Positions 16,988 to 26,350 of a stretch of 64,000 bases of DNA are shown here, one piece after another. Made by a program: the position numbers and the translations under genes. The stretch is from IMG/VR virus record IMGVR_UViG_3300031857_015178; one strand, 5' to 3'. The notes under the pieces are model-generated. The model was given only the letters and a program-made list of their open reading frames with translations, searched no databases and had not been told where the DNA came from. The number at the start of each line of letters is the position of its first letter. Position 1 is the first letter of the stretch. The stretch is from an uncultured virus (IMG/VR IMGVR_UViG_3300031857_015178). Its lineage: Duplodnaviria > Heunggongvirae > Uroviricota > Caudoviricetes.

Positions 16988-17051
16988 AAATAAGTACTTA
17001 AGAATTCAGTTGTAATTCTTAACATTTGTCCTATAGTACATAAAAAATTTT

Positions 17052-18521
17052 ATGAAACTCAAACAACTGATGCTTGCACCTGTTGCTCTGGGAATGGTTG
17101 CTCCTGTTGCTGCGAATGCGGCAGACCTTAACATGGCAGCAGTCAACCAATATGCTACCTCCGAGCAGGTTACAAGCGTCTCACAACTTTCTGACGTTCA
17201 ACCCACCGATTGGGCATACCAAGCACTTAGCAACCTTGTAGAGCGTTATGGCTGCGTTGCTGGTTATCCTAACGGAACCTTCGGTGGTGGTCGTGCAATG
17301 ACCCGTTATGAGGCAGCAGCACTTTTGAATGCTTGCCTAGATCGAGTAACTGAAAACACCGATGAACTGAAGCGGCTTGCTGATGAGTTCCGCAATGAAC
17401 TGACTGTAATTCAAGGTAAAGTTGCAGGTCTGGAAGCACAAGTCACTACTCTTGAAGCGCAGCAGTTCTCCACTACTACCAAACTCCGTGGTGAAGCAAA
17501 CTTTGTTCTTGGTGGTGTTGATGACTACCAGACTAAAGGTGGTGATGTAACTCACACCGCATTCAACTATGATCTGCGTCTGAACCTGGATACTTCGTTC
17601 ACTGGTAAGGATCTGCTTCGTACTCGTCTGCGTTCTGCTAACTTCAGTAGTGATCCTTTTGGTTCCAGTTCGTCACTCTTCAAACTTGATAAAGCAGACA
17701 ACACCACTAGTGAAGTTGGTAACAACGTAATTATTGACCGTCTGTTCTATCAGTTCCCTGCTTTCAATAACAAAGCAACTCTGACTGCTGGTGCCGCAGT
17801 TCGTAACACTGAGATTGCTTGGATGCCTTCTGCTTACAAGTCTGGCATTCTTGACTTCTTCGCTGTGGCTGGTACTCCTGGTGTTTATAACAAAGCAACT
17901 GGTGCTGGATTCGGCGCTCAGTATGGTAAGAAAGGTCTGATTGCTGGCGTAAACTATGTCGCCCAAAGTGGTAACAATAGTGAGACTGGGGTATTTGATG
18001 AGACTGGTGCTCTGAATACTCTGGCACAAGTTGGTTATCGTGGTACTAACTGGGGTGCTGCATTTGGTTACCGTTATGGTACTGAAGGCACTCGTGTCCG
18101 CACTTATAACGGTCTGAACGGTGCTTCTGGTACTCTTGTTCCAGGTCAAACCTCTAACGGTTATGCCCTGAACGCTTATTGGGAGCCTGAGAAGTCTGGT
18201 ATTATCCCCGCTATCTCTGCTGGTTATGGTTGGAACACCGTGAGTGGAACTGCTAGCGATGCTACTGATAGTCAGTCCTGGTTTGCTGGACTTCAGTGGG
18301 AGGATGTATTCGTTGGTGGTAACTCTGCTGGTGTTGCTATCGGTCAAGCACCTACTGGTGAAAATCTTGAGAAGGCAACGATGCTTGAGATCTTCTACAA
18401 GTATCAAGTATCTGATAACATCAGCGTCACTCCTGCAATCATCTACGGTAGTGACAACCAACGTCTTGCTAACAACTCCTCTAACTGGGGTGGTGTAATC
18501 CAGACTACCTTCAAGTTCTGA
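17052..18521 (+). CDS. cyanobacterial outer membrane porin (SLH plus OprB-type barrel, Som-like)
   Basis: Signal peptide, SDVQPTDWAYQAL...YGCVAGYP SLH domain, QFSTTTKL, C-terminal TTFKF. Confidence 0.93.
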   Translation: MKLKQLMLAPVALGMVAPVAANAADLNMAAVNQYATSEQVTSVSQLSDVQPTDWAYQALSNLVERYGCVAGYPNGTFGGGRAMTRYEAAALLNACLDRVTENTDELKRLADEFRNELTVIQGKVAGLEAQVTTLEAQQFSTTTKLRGEANFVLGGVDDYQTKGGDVTHTAFNYDLRLNLDTSFTGKDLLRTRLRSANFSSDPFGSSSSLFKLDKADNTTSEVGNNVIIDRLFYQFPAFNNKATLTAGAAVRNTEIAWMPSAYKSGILDFFAVAGTPGVYNKATGAGFGAQYGKKGLIAGVNYVAQSGNNSETGVFDETGALNTLAQVGYRGTNWGAAFGYRYGTEGTRVRTYNGLNGASGTLVPGQTSNGYALNAYWEPEKSGIIPAISAGYGWNTVSGTASDATDSQSWFAGLQWEDVFVGGNSAGVAIGQAPTGENLEKATMLEIFYKYQVSDNISVTPAIIYGSDNQRLANNSSNWGGVIQTTFKF

Positions 18522-18543
18522 TAGACTGTTAGAAAACTGTAAC

Positions 18544-18581
18544 AAGAGGGGCTTGACCCCTCTTTATTTTTCCTATATAAT
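18544..18581 (+). terminator. terminator hairpin overlapping a sigma70 promoter
   Basis: AAGAGGGG/CCCCTCTT; TTGACC-17-TATAAT. Confidence 0.7.
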
Positions 18582-18608
18582 TGTGTAACAATTCGTAATA
18601 AAACGAAA

Positions 18609-18818
18609 ATGACTGTAACTAAAAATGAGTTCGGGCAAATGAATATGTTTGCTAAAGAACCTGCAATGTATATGACAAAGGAAGACCTTGAGCGTTATGG
18701 TATCGAACCTTATGCCGAGAAGGCGGAGAAAATGAATGGACGTTGGGCTATGGTCGGTTTTGTTGCTGGGATCATTTCTTATCTTAGCACTGGCAACTTC
18801 TTCTTCGGCATCTTCTGA
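18609..18818 (+). CDS. hli: high-light inducible protein
   Basis: AEKMNGRWAMVGF chlorophyll-binding motif. Confidence 0.92.
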   Translation: MTVTKNEFGQMNMFAKEPAMYMTKEDLERYGIEPYAEKAEKMNGRWAMVGFVAGIISYLSTGNFFFGIF

Positions 18819-18917
18819 CAATTGATTGACAATGACCTCAGTTATCTTTACAATTACTAGTGTTGCCTTTTTTGTTTTACTGGCACACTCTGTAAATCAA
18901 CTTTCTAAAACTTACGA

Positions 18918-19211
18918 ATGACAACTTATAACATCACCCTCCAAAATCCTGACGGCACTGAGAACGTAATCCAATGTGCTGGTGATCAATATATTCTAGA
19001 AGCAGCAGAAGAAGCGGGTATTGAGATGCTTTATTCTTGCCGTGCTGGTGCTTGTAGTTCCTGTGCTGGTAAACTTGTTAGTGGAACCGTTGATAATGAG
19101 GAGCAATCTTTCCTCGATGATGATCAAATCTCTGATGGTTTTATTCTGACTTGTGTTGCTTATCCCACAAGTGATTGTGTGATCCTCACTGAGCAGGAAG
19201 AGAATCTGTGA
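18918..19211 (+). CDS. petF: plant-type [2Fe-2S] ferredoxin
   Basis: CRAGACSSC...LTC. Confidence 0.95.
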   Translation: MTTYNITLQNPDGTENVIQCAGDQYILEAAEEAGIEMLYSCRAGACSSCAGKLVSGTVDNEEQSFLDDDQISDGFILTCVAYPTSDCVILTEQEENL

Positions 19212-19486
19212 GAAGTGCTGACTGGTTGGGACAACTTTCTATTGTTCTTCAAGAATTAAAATGGACTGCTGATGATGACATCTCAGTTGAAATTGGAGGA
19301 GTTGCAGTAACAGGAACTGCAACCCACCCAGATGCAAATCCCAAATGGGCGAAACCATTTGGAACAGTGTCCTACCAAAACGATGCTTTTATCGTTATTA
19401 AAAATAAATCAAGGAACCCAGTTGTTCCTTCACAACCAAATCCTGAACTCAAACAACAACACCTTTATCAAGGAGAAAACAAATGA
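19208..19486 (+). CDS. hypothetical protein
   Basis: Coupled ORF (GTGA overlap). Confidence 0.6.
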   Translation: MRSADWLGQLSIVLQELKWTADDDISVEIGGVAVTGTATHPDANPKWAKPFGTVSYQNDAFIVIKNKSRNPVVPSQPNPELKQQHLYQGENK

Positions 19487-19602
19487 ACAAAATTTTTACC
19501 GAAAAAGCAGAACGCATTAATGGATGGGCTGCAATGGTTGGATTCGTTGCTGCTGTAGGTGCTTACCTCACCACTGGTCAAATTATTCCCGGCGTATTCT
19601 GA
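19483..19602 (+). CDS. hli: high-light inducible protein (39 aa; absent from the ORF track)
   Basis: [47 protein letters not shown]. Confidence 0.92.
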   Translation: MNKIFTEKAERINGWAAMVGFVAAVGAYLTTGQIIPGVF

Positions 19603-19613
19603 TGGAGGTTAAA

Positions 19614-20141
19614 ATGCGTAAAGAACAATATCAAATTCCTCAAGTTGAATTTGTATTCCGTGAGAACGGTGAATTTGTAAGTCGTACTTCTTCAGAACTC
19701 TTTGATGGAAAGCGTGTGGTCCTGTTTAGTTTGCCTGGTGCTTTCACTCCTACTTGCAGTGCCTATCAGCTACCTGGATTCGAAGAGAAATATGACGACT
19801 TTATTGGTAGTGGCATCGACGCTATTTACTGCATCTCTGTTAATGATGGGTTTGTAATGAATGCCTGGGCTCAAGACCAGAACATCAAGAATGTAAAACT
19901 CATTCCAGACGGTAATGCTTACTTCACACGTTCTATGGGATATCTCGTCAACAAGTCTAACCTTGGTTTCGGTGATCGCTCTTGGCGTTATGCTGCAGTC
20001 GTGGATAACGGAATCATCGAAAAACTATTCGTTGAGGTGGGGCAACGGGACAATGCAGACACCGACCCTTATGAAGCAACTACACCAGAAGTTGTTCTCG
20101 ATTATGTGAAATCTACAGTTCGAGAAACTGTTACTGCTTGA
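19614..20141 (+). CDS. peroxiredoxin (Prx5/type II)
   Basis: PGAFTPTCS, SVND.FVMNAW, RSWRYA; GGAGG RBS before ATG 19614. Confidence 0.92.
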   Translation: MRKEQYQIPQVEFVFRENGEFVSRTSSELFDGKRVVLFSLPGAFTPTCSAYQLPGFEEKYDDFIGSGIDAIYCISVNDGFVMNAWAQDQNIKNVKLIPDGNAYFTRSMGYLVNKSNLGFGDRSWRYAAVVDNGIIEKLFVEVGQRDNADTDPYEATTPEVVLDYVKSTVRETVTA

Positions 20142-20149
20142 AAATAATC

Positions 20150-20182
20150 AAAGCGTCCAAAAGGGCGCTTTTTTTATAAATA
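20150..20182 (+). promoter_or_regulatory. terminator followed by a T4-type late promoter
   Basis: AAAGCGTCC/GGGCGCTTT plus T run, then TATAAATA at 20175-20182. Confidence 0.75.
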
Positions 20183-20206
20183 CGTTAGTGTTTATAGAGA
20201 TAATCC

Positions 20207-20878
20207 ATGACGCTAGATCTTCATAACTTTTTTAAATTTTATGATGATGGTAATGCAAATCACGTAGCAGCAGTACAGTGGTTAGAGGATAACCTACCTG
20301 CTCAATTTTTAGATGACGCAGAGACTGATTGGATCGGGACCTTTAGAACAAAACCACCCACACCAGCAGTTCTTGATGTTCCATACTTCAACCAAGTAGA
20401 CAACTACAGAGACGCACAAAGAACTTGTAACAGTTCATCGTGTGCTATGTGCCTTGCTTTCCTCAAGCCAGGTAGCATTAAAGGTGATGACGAATACGTT
20501 AAGAAAGTATTTGCTATCGGTGATACAACGGATCATGCCGTCCAGACAAAAGTTCTGTCTGGTTATGGTATTAAATCTCATTTTAGTTATAATCTTAGTT
20601 TTAGTGATATTGATAAAAGCCTTGATAGAGGTAAGCCAGTTGTTATTGGTATTCTCCACAGAGGTTCTTTAACTTCACCTACTGGTGGGCACATGTGTGT
20701 TGTAATCGGCAAGACCCCAGATGGTAAAGGATACTATGTCAATGACCCATATGGTTCTCTAAACGATAACTATACTGGTCCAGTTACAAATGGTAAGAAA
20801 ACCATTTACACAAAAGCAGTTCTTAAGCATCGTTGGTGCCCAGGAGGAAACGATGGGTGGGGAAGAATCTTCGATTAA
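20207..20878 (+). CDS. C39-like cysteine peptidase (possible cell-wall hydrolase)
   Basis: VPYFNQ...TCNSSSCAM, GGH..V..G, YVNDPYG. Confidence 0.78.
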   Translation: MTLDLHNFFKFYDDGNANHVAAVQWLEDNLPAQFLDDAETDWIGTFRTKPPTPAVLDVPYFNQVDNYRDAQRTCNSSSCAMCLAFLKPGSIKGDDEYVKKVFAIGDTTDHAVQTKVLSGYGIKSHFSYNLSFSDIDKSLDRGKPVVIGILHRGSLTSPTGGHMCVVIGKTPDGKGYYVNDPYGSLNDNYTGPVTNGKKTIYTKAVLKHRWCPGGNDGWGRIFD

Positions 20879-20976
20879 TTTTAAAAGAAAAATGCTGCAG
20901 GTGATTAAAAATCTCACAAATCATGGTAAGCATGTAGAAGCAAACGAACTTTATCAACGGTATTTCGGAGACAACA

Positions 20977-21648
20977 ATGGCAAGAATCGATCTACATAAC
21001 TTCTTCAAGTTCTATGACGAGAAGAATCCAAACCACGTTAAAGCAGTTCAATGGTTAGAAGATAACCTACCTGTCAAGTATCTAGAAGATAATATTGATT
21101 GGGCGGAGATTTATAGAGGAAAAAAGACTAGTGCTGCACCAGCATCCTCTCCCGCTGCTGCAGCTCCTGTAGCAGGTGGTGATGATGTTCCTATGATGGG
21201 TCTTAAACTCATTAAAGAGTTTGAAGGATGTCATTTAAATGCATATCCCGATCCTCTGACTGGTGGACTTCCAATTACAATTGGTTGGGGATCAACTCGT
21301 AAGAAGGATGGATCACACTTTAAACTTGGTGATACTTTAACTCAAGCAGAAGCAGATGCACTTCTCATCGAGCAGTGTAAGAATGAGTTTCTGCCTGCAT
21401 TGCGTAAAATCCCACATTGGAATGAAATGTCAGATGGAAAAAGAGGCGCTCTGCTCAGCTTTGCTTATAATCTTGGTGCCGGTTTTTACGGTGGCGATAA
21501 CTTTAATACTATTACTAAACGCCTGAAGAACAAAGAGTGGGACCTAGTTCCCGATGCGCTGTATCTCTACAGAAATCCTGGTTCTAACGTAGAAGCAGGA
21601 CTAGCACGTAGAAGAAAAGCAGAAGGTGAAGCTTGGAAAAAAGGTTAA
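20977..21648 (+). CDS. endolysin (GH24 lysozyme)
   Basis: IKEFEG...AYPD...TIGWG, SFAYNLG, GLARRR.AE. Confidence 0.9.
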   Translation: MARIDLHNFFKFYDEKNPNHVKAVQWLEDNLPVKYLEDNIDWAEIYRGKKTSAAPASSPAAAAPVAGGDDVPMMGLKLIKEFEGCHLNAYPDPLTGGLPITIGWGSTRKKDGSHFKLGDTLTQAEADALLIEQCKNEFLPALRKIPHWNEMSDGKRGALLSFAYNLGAGFYGGDNFNTITKRLKNKEWDLVPDALYLYRNPGSNVEAGLARRRKAEGEAWKKG

Positions 21649-21665
21649 CCTCACACTAGGAACAA

Positions 21666-22010
21666 ATGGAAACGCCAAACAAAAAGGAAAAATGTATGAG
21701 TACTGTTATTCGTATTGCCATTTTGGGTTGGAGTGCCGCTCTTCTTACTGCAAGTTATGCGGGTGCTCTTGCTAAGATGGACCCCACTTTTATTGCTACT
21801 GTTTTCACCGCATCTGCTGCTACTTTTGGTATTAATACATTGAAGAACAAGGGTGACGATGAAGATGATAAAAAAGAAGAATCACGTAAAGAAGTGGTTG
21901 TAGAATCACTACCAGAACCACCTGCACCAGAAGTTGTTGTGGATGAACCAACTCTTGAAGAAAGAGTAGAAGTTCTTGAGGGTCAAGTTCAACCACGCAC
22001 AGGAGCATAA
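21666..22010 (+). CDS. membrane protein, holin candidate
   Basis: Two TM segments plus a charged tail, directly after the endolysin. Confidence 0.5.
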   Translation: METPNKKEKCMSTVIRIAILGWSAALLTASYAGALAKMDPTFIATVFTASAATFGINTLKNKGDDEDDKKEESRKEVVVESLPEPPAPEVVVDEPTLEERVEVLEGQVQPRTGA

Positions 22011-22126
22011 TGGCAAAGTCAGCAAACAAATCCAAGAAAGGTGGAGCAGGTTCTGCTAATAATAAAAAGCAGAACTCTGGAAATGCTAATGCTAATAAAG
22101 CAAAGAATGGTGGTAAGAAAAAATGA
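22010..22126 (+). CDS. small Lys/Asn/Gly-rich basic peptide
   Basis: MAKSANKSKKGGAGSANNKKQNSGNANANKAKNGGKKK; AGGAG RBS, TAATG coupling. Confidence 0.6.
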   Translation: MAKSANKSKKGGAGSANNKKQNSGNANANKAKNGGKKK

Positions 22127-22229
22127 TTGATATGATTGCTTTTATGATTGTTGGATATTCTGAAATTTCTTCTGGCAGTTGTCAGTTGGAATACTTTCGT
22201 TACAATGAAGTTCATTCGCTAGTAATACC

Positions 22230-22430
22230 GTGCCAAGAGAATGGAACACTCCAAAAAGGGAGTGTTGGAATGCTCCAATTCACCAAATATTGAAAGCAAT
22301 AGATAATCACACCCGTCTTTTTATGGAGACGGGTGATTTTTGGCATGAAGAACAGGCCCAGATCTTGAGAAAGTATGTAAAAGATTTGAAAGTCTGGATA
22401 CACAAAGAAGAAGGTTGGTGGAACGAATGA
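22230..22430 (+). CDS. hypothetical protein
   Basis: Co-oriented ORF coupled to the next gene. Confidence 0.55.
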   Translation: MPREWNTPKRECWNAPIHQILKAIDNHTRLFMETGDFWHEEQAQILRKYVKDLKVWIHKEEGWWNE

Positions 22431-23173
22431 AAAAGTTATTCACCTCATTTGGTTTAATTTTATCATTATCATTTCCTGCAATAGCATCATCTTTAGCACC
22501 AACGCAACCAACTGTAAAACCATACAGTGCTGCTGCAATGGGTTGTATGATACTTCTAGAATGTACTGAGGGTGTAGAAAAACTCACAGTAGATTCTGAA
22601 TTATTAAAAGATCCAGACTTTGACCCATTCAGAGAAGAACTTAAAAGGATTATTACTGCTCTTAATGCAGTAAATGTTCCTGTATATGTTGCACCAGAAA
22701 GATATTTTACTCCGAGAACAGTGGGATTGTATAAACCAAACTACAATCGTTTCTTTGTGAACGAACAACTACTCAAGGACCCAAGAGAGTTTCTTGGAAC
22801 AATGAGACACGAAGGATGGCATGTAGTTCAAGATTGTATGGGTGGTGGATTGCAAACATCATTTATGGCACAAGTGCATCAAGACAGTGAAATTCCTGCT
22901 TGGATAATGAAGAATACTAGACTGACTTATGAATCCATGATGCAAAGTCGTGCAGTTCCTTGGGAAGCAGATGCTAACTGGGCAGAGGAGCAATCTAATG
23001 TAACTGCAGAAAAGTTAGAGATGTGTTCCAAAGGTCCTCTGTGGGATCAAATTCGTCCAACACCAATGACGATGGATTGGTTGATTGGATGTGGATGGAT
23101 GAAACCACAAGAAGGTAAGTATCCTTATTATCCAAATAAGAAAGTAGAGTATTGTACAGAAGGTAAGTATTGA
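22427..23173 (+). CDS. secreted zincin-like metallopeptidase candidate
   Basis: Signal peptide; HEGWH (HExxH) and a downstream E. Confidence 0.6.
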   Translation: MKKLFTSFGLILSLSFPAIASSLAPTQPTVKPYSAAAMGCMILLECTEGVEKLTVDSELLKDPDFDPFREELKRIITALNAVNVPVYVAPERYFTPRTVGLYKPNYNRFFVNEQLLKDPREFLGTMRHEGWHVVQDCMGGGLQTSFMAQVHQDSEIPAWIMKNTRLTYESMMQSRAVPWEADANWAEEQSNVTAEKLEMCSKGPLWDQIRPTPMTMDWLIGCGWMKPQEGKYPYYPNKKVEYCTEGKY

Positions 23174-23275
23174 TGGAATTGCCTTGGGGAGTGATTACAA
23201 TATTAGGTTGTGGTCTTATTTTTACTTTGTATGTGATTTACTACATATTACGATTAGCCCACGAGGAAATGAAAG

Positions 23276-23488
23276 ATGAAAAATTTAGCAATCATTCTAT
23301 CGACGACAAGCCTTCTCATTAGTGGAGCACTTTGTTATGGTGCTTATGTGACTTATAAAAAAGCAGAAGCAATCCTGAATAATCCAGAAGAGTTTGTTGG
23401 TAAGGTTGTGGAAAACCAAGTCAATAAAGCATTTGAAAAATTACCCATTCCAAAACTAAATAGTGAGAAGTTTAAGTTGCCATTCTAA
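23276..23488 (+). CDS. hypothetical membrane-anchored protein
   Basis: N-terminal TM. Confidence 0.6.
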   Translation: MKNLAIILSTTSLLISGALCYGAYVTYKKAEAILNNPEEFVGKVVENQVNKAFEKLPIPKLNSEKFKLPF

Positions 23489-23925
23489 TGGATAAGGATC
23501 CGTACATTTATAGAATCAAGTCAGTTCTTAAAGTTGTAGATGGTGATACTATTGACGCTGCTATTGATCTTGGTTTTGATATCTCCCTTACTAAGCGAAT
23601 TCGTCTTGCTGGTGTCGATACCCCAGAGAGCAGAACGATTGATCTCAAAGAAAAAACACTTGGTCTTGAAGTTAAAGAATGGCTTAAAAAGAAATTAGAA
23701 GGGCAAACTGACGTTATTGTTAAAACAGAACTCCCAGATTCTACCGAAAAGTATGGTAGAATTCTGGGACATTTGTTTATTGGCGATAAAGAAGTATCTG
23801 CAGTCAATAAAAAGAAATCTGTAAATCAACAAATGATTGATGAAGGATATGCTTGGGAATATGATGGTGGAACAAAGAAAAAAGATTTTGCTTTACTGGA
23901 ATCAAAAAGACAAGCGAGCAGATAA
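23488..23925 (+). CDS. staphylococcal nuclease (SNase)-like endonuclease
   Basis: VVDGDT, RIRLAGVDTPE, KYGRILG, GYAW.Y. Confidence 0.88.
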   Translation: MDKDPYIYRIKSVLKVVDGDTIDAAIDLGFDISLTKRIRLAGVDTPESRTIDLKEKTLGLEVKEWLKKKLEGQTDVIVKTELPDSTEKYGRILGHLFIGDKEVSAVNKKKSVNQQMIDEGYAWEYDGGTKKKDFALLESKRQASR

Positions 23926-24786
23926 TTTCTTCGCAATTTTTTTAGGAGCGGCATAGAGAGATTTAAATCTTTCTTGCCCCTCTTTTGTGAATTTATCCTT
24001 TACTGGTTCGTCAATAATAACTTTATTTTCTATTTCGTATAAAGTATTCTTTTCAATTTCATCACGAATATACTGTTCTACATTGTCTGTTTGTGCTACA
24101 AGTCTTGTTCCGTCAGCAGAATATTCAAATATATCAATGTGACCGTCCTCTGCCATTACATAATGAAGGACGGGTTTGACTTGTTTGATTTTAATTTTAA
24201 ACTTATTCTTAGTTGCTTCTTTGATTAATGGTTCGGCAGCATTCTTCAATACATTAAGAACTGCTGTAGATGCCATAGTTGCTGCAGTTGTGACTACTGC
24301 GACAGCACCAGCCGTAGCAACAAGAGAAGGGTCAGGTAAATTAATATCGACTCCATAAACAGAAAAGGTGGGTTGGGGTTTATCTGCTGGAATTTCTGCA
24401 ATAGGTTCAGGTGTTGGTGTTTGAATAGAGGGGCTTTGAACGACCTGAGGCAGTTGAGGAGGGGGGGTAGTATCTGGTAAGCCTCTTGTTTTTTCCTCTT
24501 TTTCTGCTGCTTGTTTTTCGCGTTCTGCTTTTACTGCAGCATCAAACTCTGCTTGAGTTGGAACATTGATAACAGGATATTTAATCGCAGTATTTGGAAC
24601 ATCAATAATAGGAACTTCCAATCCACGAACAAGAGGTGCTTCTACACCACGAACATTTGGTCCATCTATAGTTGAAATTACAGATGGACCAGATATTCGA
24701 TTTATATTTGAATTATGAACACTAATCGGATTATTTCCGATTATGGGTCTTAGATTCGGATTATCAATTAGTTGTATTGGTTCCAT
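23902..24786 (-). CDS. hypothetical Pro-rich membrane protein
   Basis: Last gene of a 4-gene minus-strand operon; central hydrophobic segment. Confidence 0.65.
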   Translation of the reverse strand: MEPIQLIDNPNLRPIIGNNPISVHNSNINRISGPSVISTIDGPNVRGVEAPLVRGLEVPIIDVPNTAIKYPVINVPTQAEFDAAVKAEREKQAAEKEEKTRGLPDTTPPPQLPQVVQSPSIQTPTPEPIAEIPADKPQPTFSVYGVDINLPDPSLVATAGAVAVVTTAATMASTAVLNVLKNAAEPLIKEATKNKFKIKIKQVKPVLHYVMAEDGHIDIFEYSADGTRLVAQTDNVEQYIRDEIEKNTLYEIENKVIIDEPVKDKFTKEGQERFKSLYAAPKKIAKKLSARLSF

Positions 24787-25348
24787 TGACTGCATCCTCA
24801 ACTCTTGGGTATTTCACAACAACATCAGCACAAACTTTGTAGTAAGGACTATTGGGATGGAACATAACTCCATTCTTATATGCTTCGCCACATTTTAGTA
24901 ATCTTACAAGTTCAAAATCTAATCTTGCTTTATCAGTCTCTGCTTGCTGCCTAGCAATTTCGGTTGCGGCTCTTTTTTTACATAAGTCCATCAAATTTCC
25001 ATCTAATGGAATGTTAAGACCCGCAGAAATACCCCAGTTTCCATTGCGTGAGGCAAAAGATTCTGGGTCATCGCTAGCATTATTACTACTCATAGCAAAT
25101 GGAGATATAGAAAAAGTTGCTCCTTGACAACTTACTCCACCACCATAAGTATTAACTGCATAAGGTCCTTGAAGAACTTGAACCGCTTGGTTGGTTACAT
25201 TTCCTGTAGCACTTGCACTTGGTCCAGCAATGTTTGTATTGCTAGGTGCAGGAGTGCTTTGAGCGAATGCAGTTCCTGTTGAGATTACTGCGTAAAGACA
25301 GAGATTGATGTAGTGGTTGATTGAGTTTCTGTAGTGCGGTCTATCCAT
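24764..25348 (-). CDS. hypothetical exported protein
   Basis: Signal-like segment, Cys pairs; start uncertain. Confidence 0.65.
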   Translation of the reverse strand: MDRPHYRNSINHYINLCLYAVISTGTAFAQSTPAPSNTNIAGPSASATGNVTNQAVQVLQGPYAVNTYGGGVSCQGATFSISPFAMSSNNASDDPESFASRNGNWGISAGLNIPLDGNLMDLCKKRAATEIARQQAETDKARLDFELVRLLKCGEAYKNGVMFHPNSPYYKVCADVVVKYPRVEDAVNGTNTTN

Positions 25349-25650
25349 GTTTCTTTTGCCACTCCAGGGCCAAGATAGGTTTCGCTGAACTGGAATGGAG
25401 CACCTTGAGTCATAATCGAATACGCAGCACCCTTTTGTGGGGAGCCAGGAATGTTAATGTTCGTTCCAGTTACAGTATATGATTCGCCAGTAGTATATTC
25501 AACTTGACGAATGGTTTCTATAATTTTGGTTGCTGATTCTGTTGTTGCGTTGATTGTACCTCTAGTAAAATTAGGCACAACACTCTCAGCATGAACGGGA
25601 GTACAAATGACTCCCGTTGCTAAAAGCAAAACGGGAGTTAAATGTCTCAT
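25285..25650 (-). CDS. hypothetical exported protein
   Basis: Signal peptide (..VHA|E), Thr-rich. Confidence 0.7.
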   Translation of the reverse strand: MRHLTPVLLLATGVICTPVHAESVVPNFTRGTINATTESATKIIETIRQVEYTTGESYTVTGTNINIPGSPQKGAAYSIMTQGAPFQFSETYLGPGVAKETWIDRTTETQSTTTSISVFTQ

Positions 25651-26108
25651 TTGAATACGCTTAACTCAATTGATCTTTGAGCGGTAGCACTTGTTCCTGC
25701 TCCACCAGCAGTAACAGTAGGAACGCCAGTTGGGGAAAGAGTACCTGCAAGAGATCCTTTTTCACCACCAACTTGAGTTACGCTATCTCCGTAGAGATTT
25801 GGTGTTCCAATCACACCATTTGTAACCGTCTGAGTTGTAACTGGAGTATCAGCAGCATTGATAGTTTCTGAGAAACTAAATGCCTGACCTGGAGTATTGA
25901 TATCATAGGTTCCAGCACCACCTACACCACCAAAAGATGTGGATTGGATATTGGTTCCTGACGCTGAATATGAAGCACCGATTCGGGTTGATTGAACTGC
26001 AGCACCATCAACTTTCAATTGTACGGAGTCAGTGATTCTTGATGTGATTTCAGCAGCATTAACTGGGATTGCGAAGAATAACGAAAAGGCTAATAGAAGT
26101 CTTTTCAT
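25647..26108 (-). CDS. hypothetical exported protein
   Basis: MKRLLLAFSLFFAIPVNAA signal peptide; beta-rich. Confidence 0.7.
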   Translation of the reverse strand: MKRLLLAFSLFFAIPVNAAEITSRITDSVQLKVDGAAVQSTRIGASYSASGTNIQSTSFGGVGGAGTYDINTPGQAFSFSETINAADTPVTTQTVTNGVIGTPNLYGDSVTQVGGEKGSLAGTLSPTGVPTVTAGGAGTSATAQRSIELSVFK

Positions 26109-26154
26109 TTTTCTTATTTTGTGGTAAACACTGGAAGTATTTAGCAGAAAGGGC

Positions 26155-26183
26155 TTGACAGGAGTAACAGACCGTAGTATGAT
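26155..26183 (+). promoter_or_regulatory. psbA sigma70-type promoter
   Basis: TTGACA-17-TATGAT. Confidence 0.75.
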
Positions 26184-26231
26184 AAATAGGTAAACAAATG
26201 TTACGAGTTTCTCACAACTCTTAACATTAAC

Positions 26232-26340
26232 AAACACCCGCTAACCGAGACCTATGGGTGTATAAGAACGTCTCTCATATCCTGCCTGAGGGTGGCGGGA
26301 ACATAGTAACTCCACCATTTCCCTGATGGTCTTACTAACA
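26232..26340 (+). ncRNA. PhotoRC-II-like structured leader of psbA
   Basis: GAGAC/GTCTC, TCCTGCC/GGCGGGA and ACCAT/ATGGT stems with TGAGGG/CCCT complementarity; position matches the known cyanophage psbA leader. Confidence 0.7.
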
Positions 26341-26350
26341 GTTTAAAACA

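Noticed and set aside
17673..18545. 290-aa antisense ORF over the porin
   Set aside because: Shadow ORF explained by the porin's codon bias; S/T-rich with no motifs.
19524..19613. N-terminal extension of the peroxiredoxin
   Set aside because: It overlaps the real hli gene (19483-19602) in another frame; the RBS supports ATG 19614.
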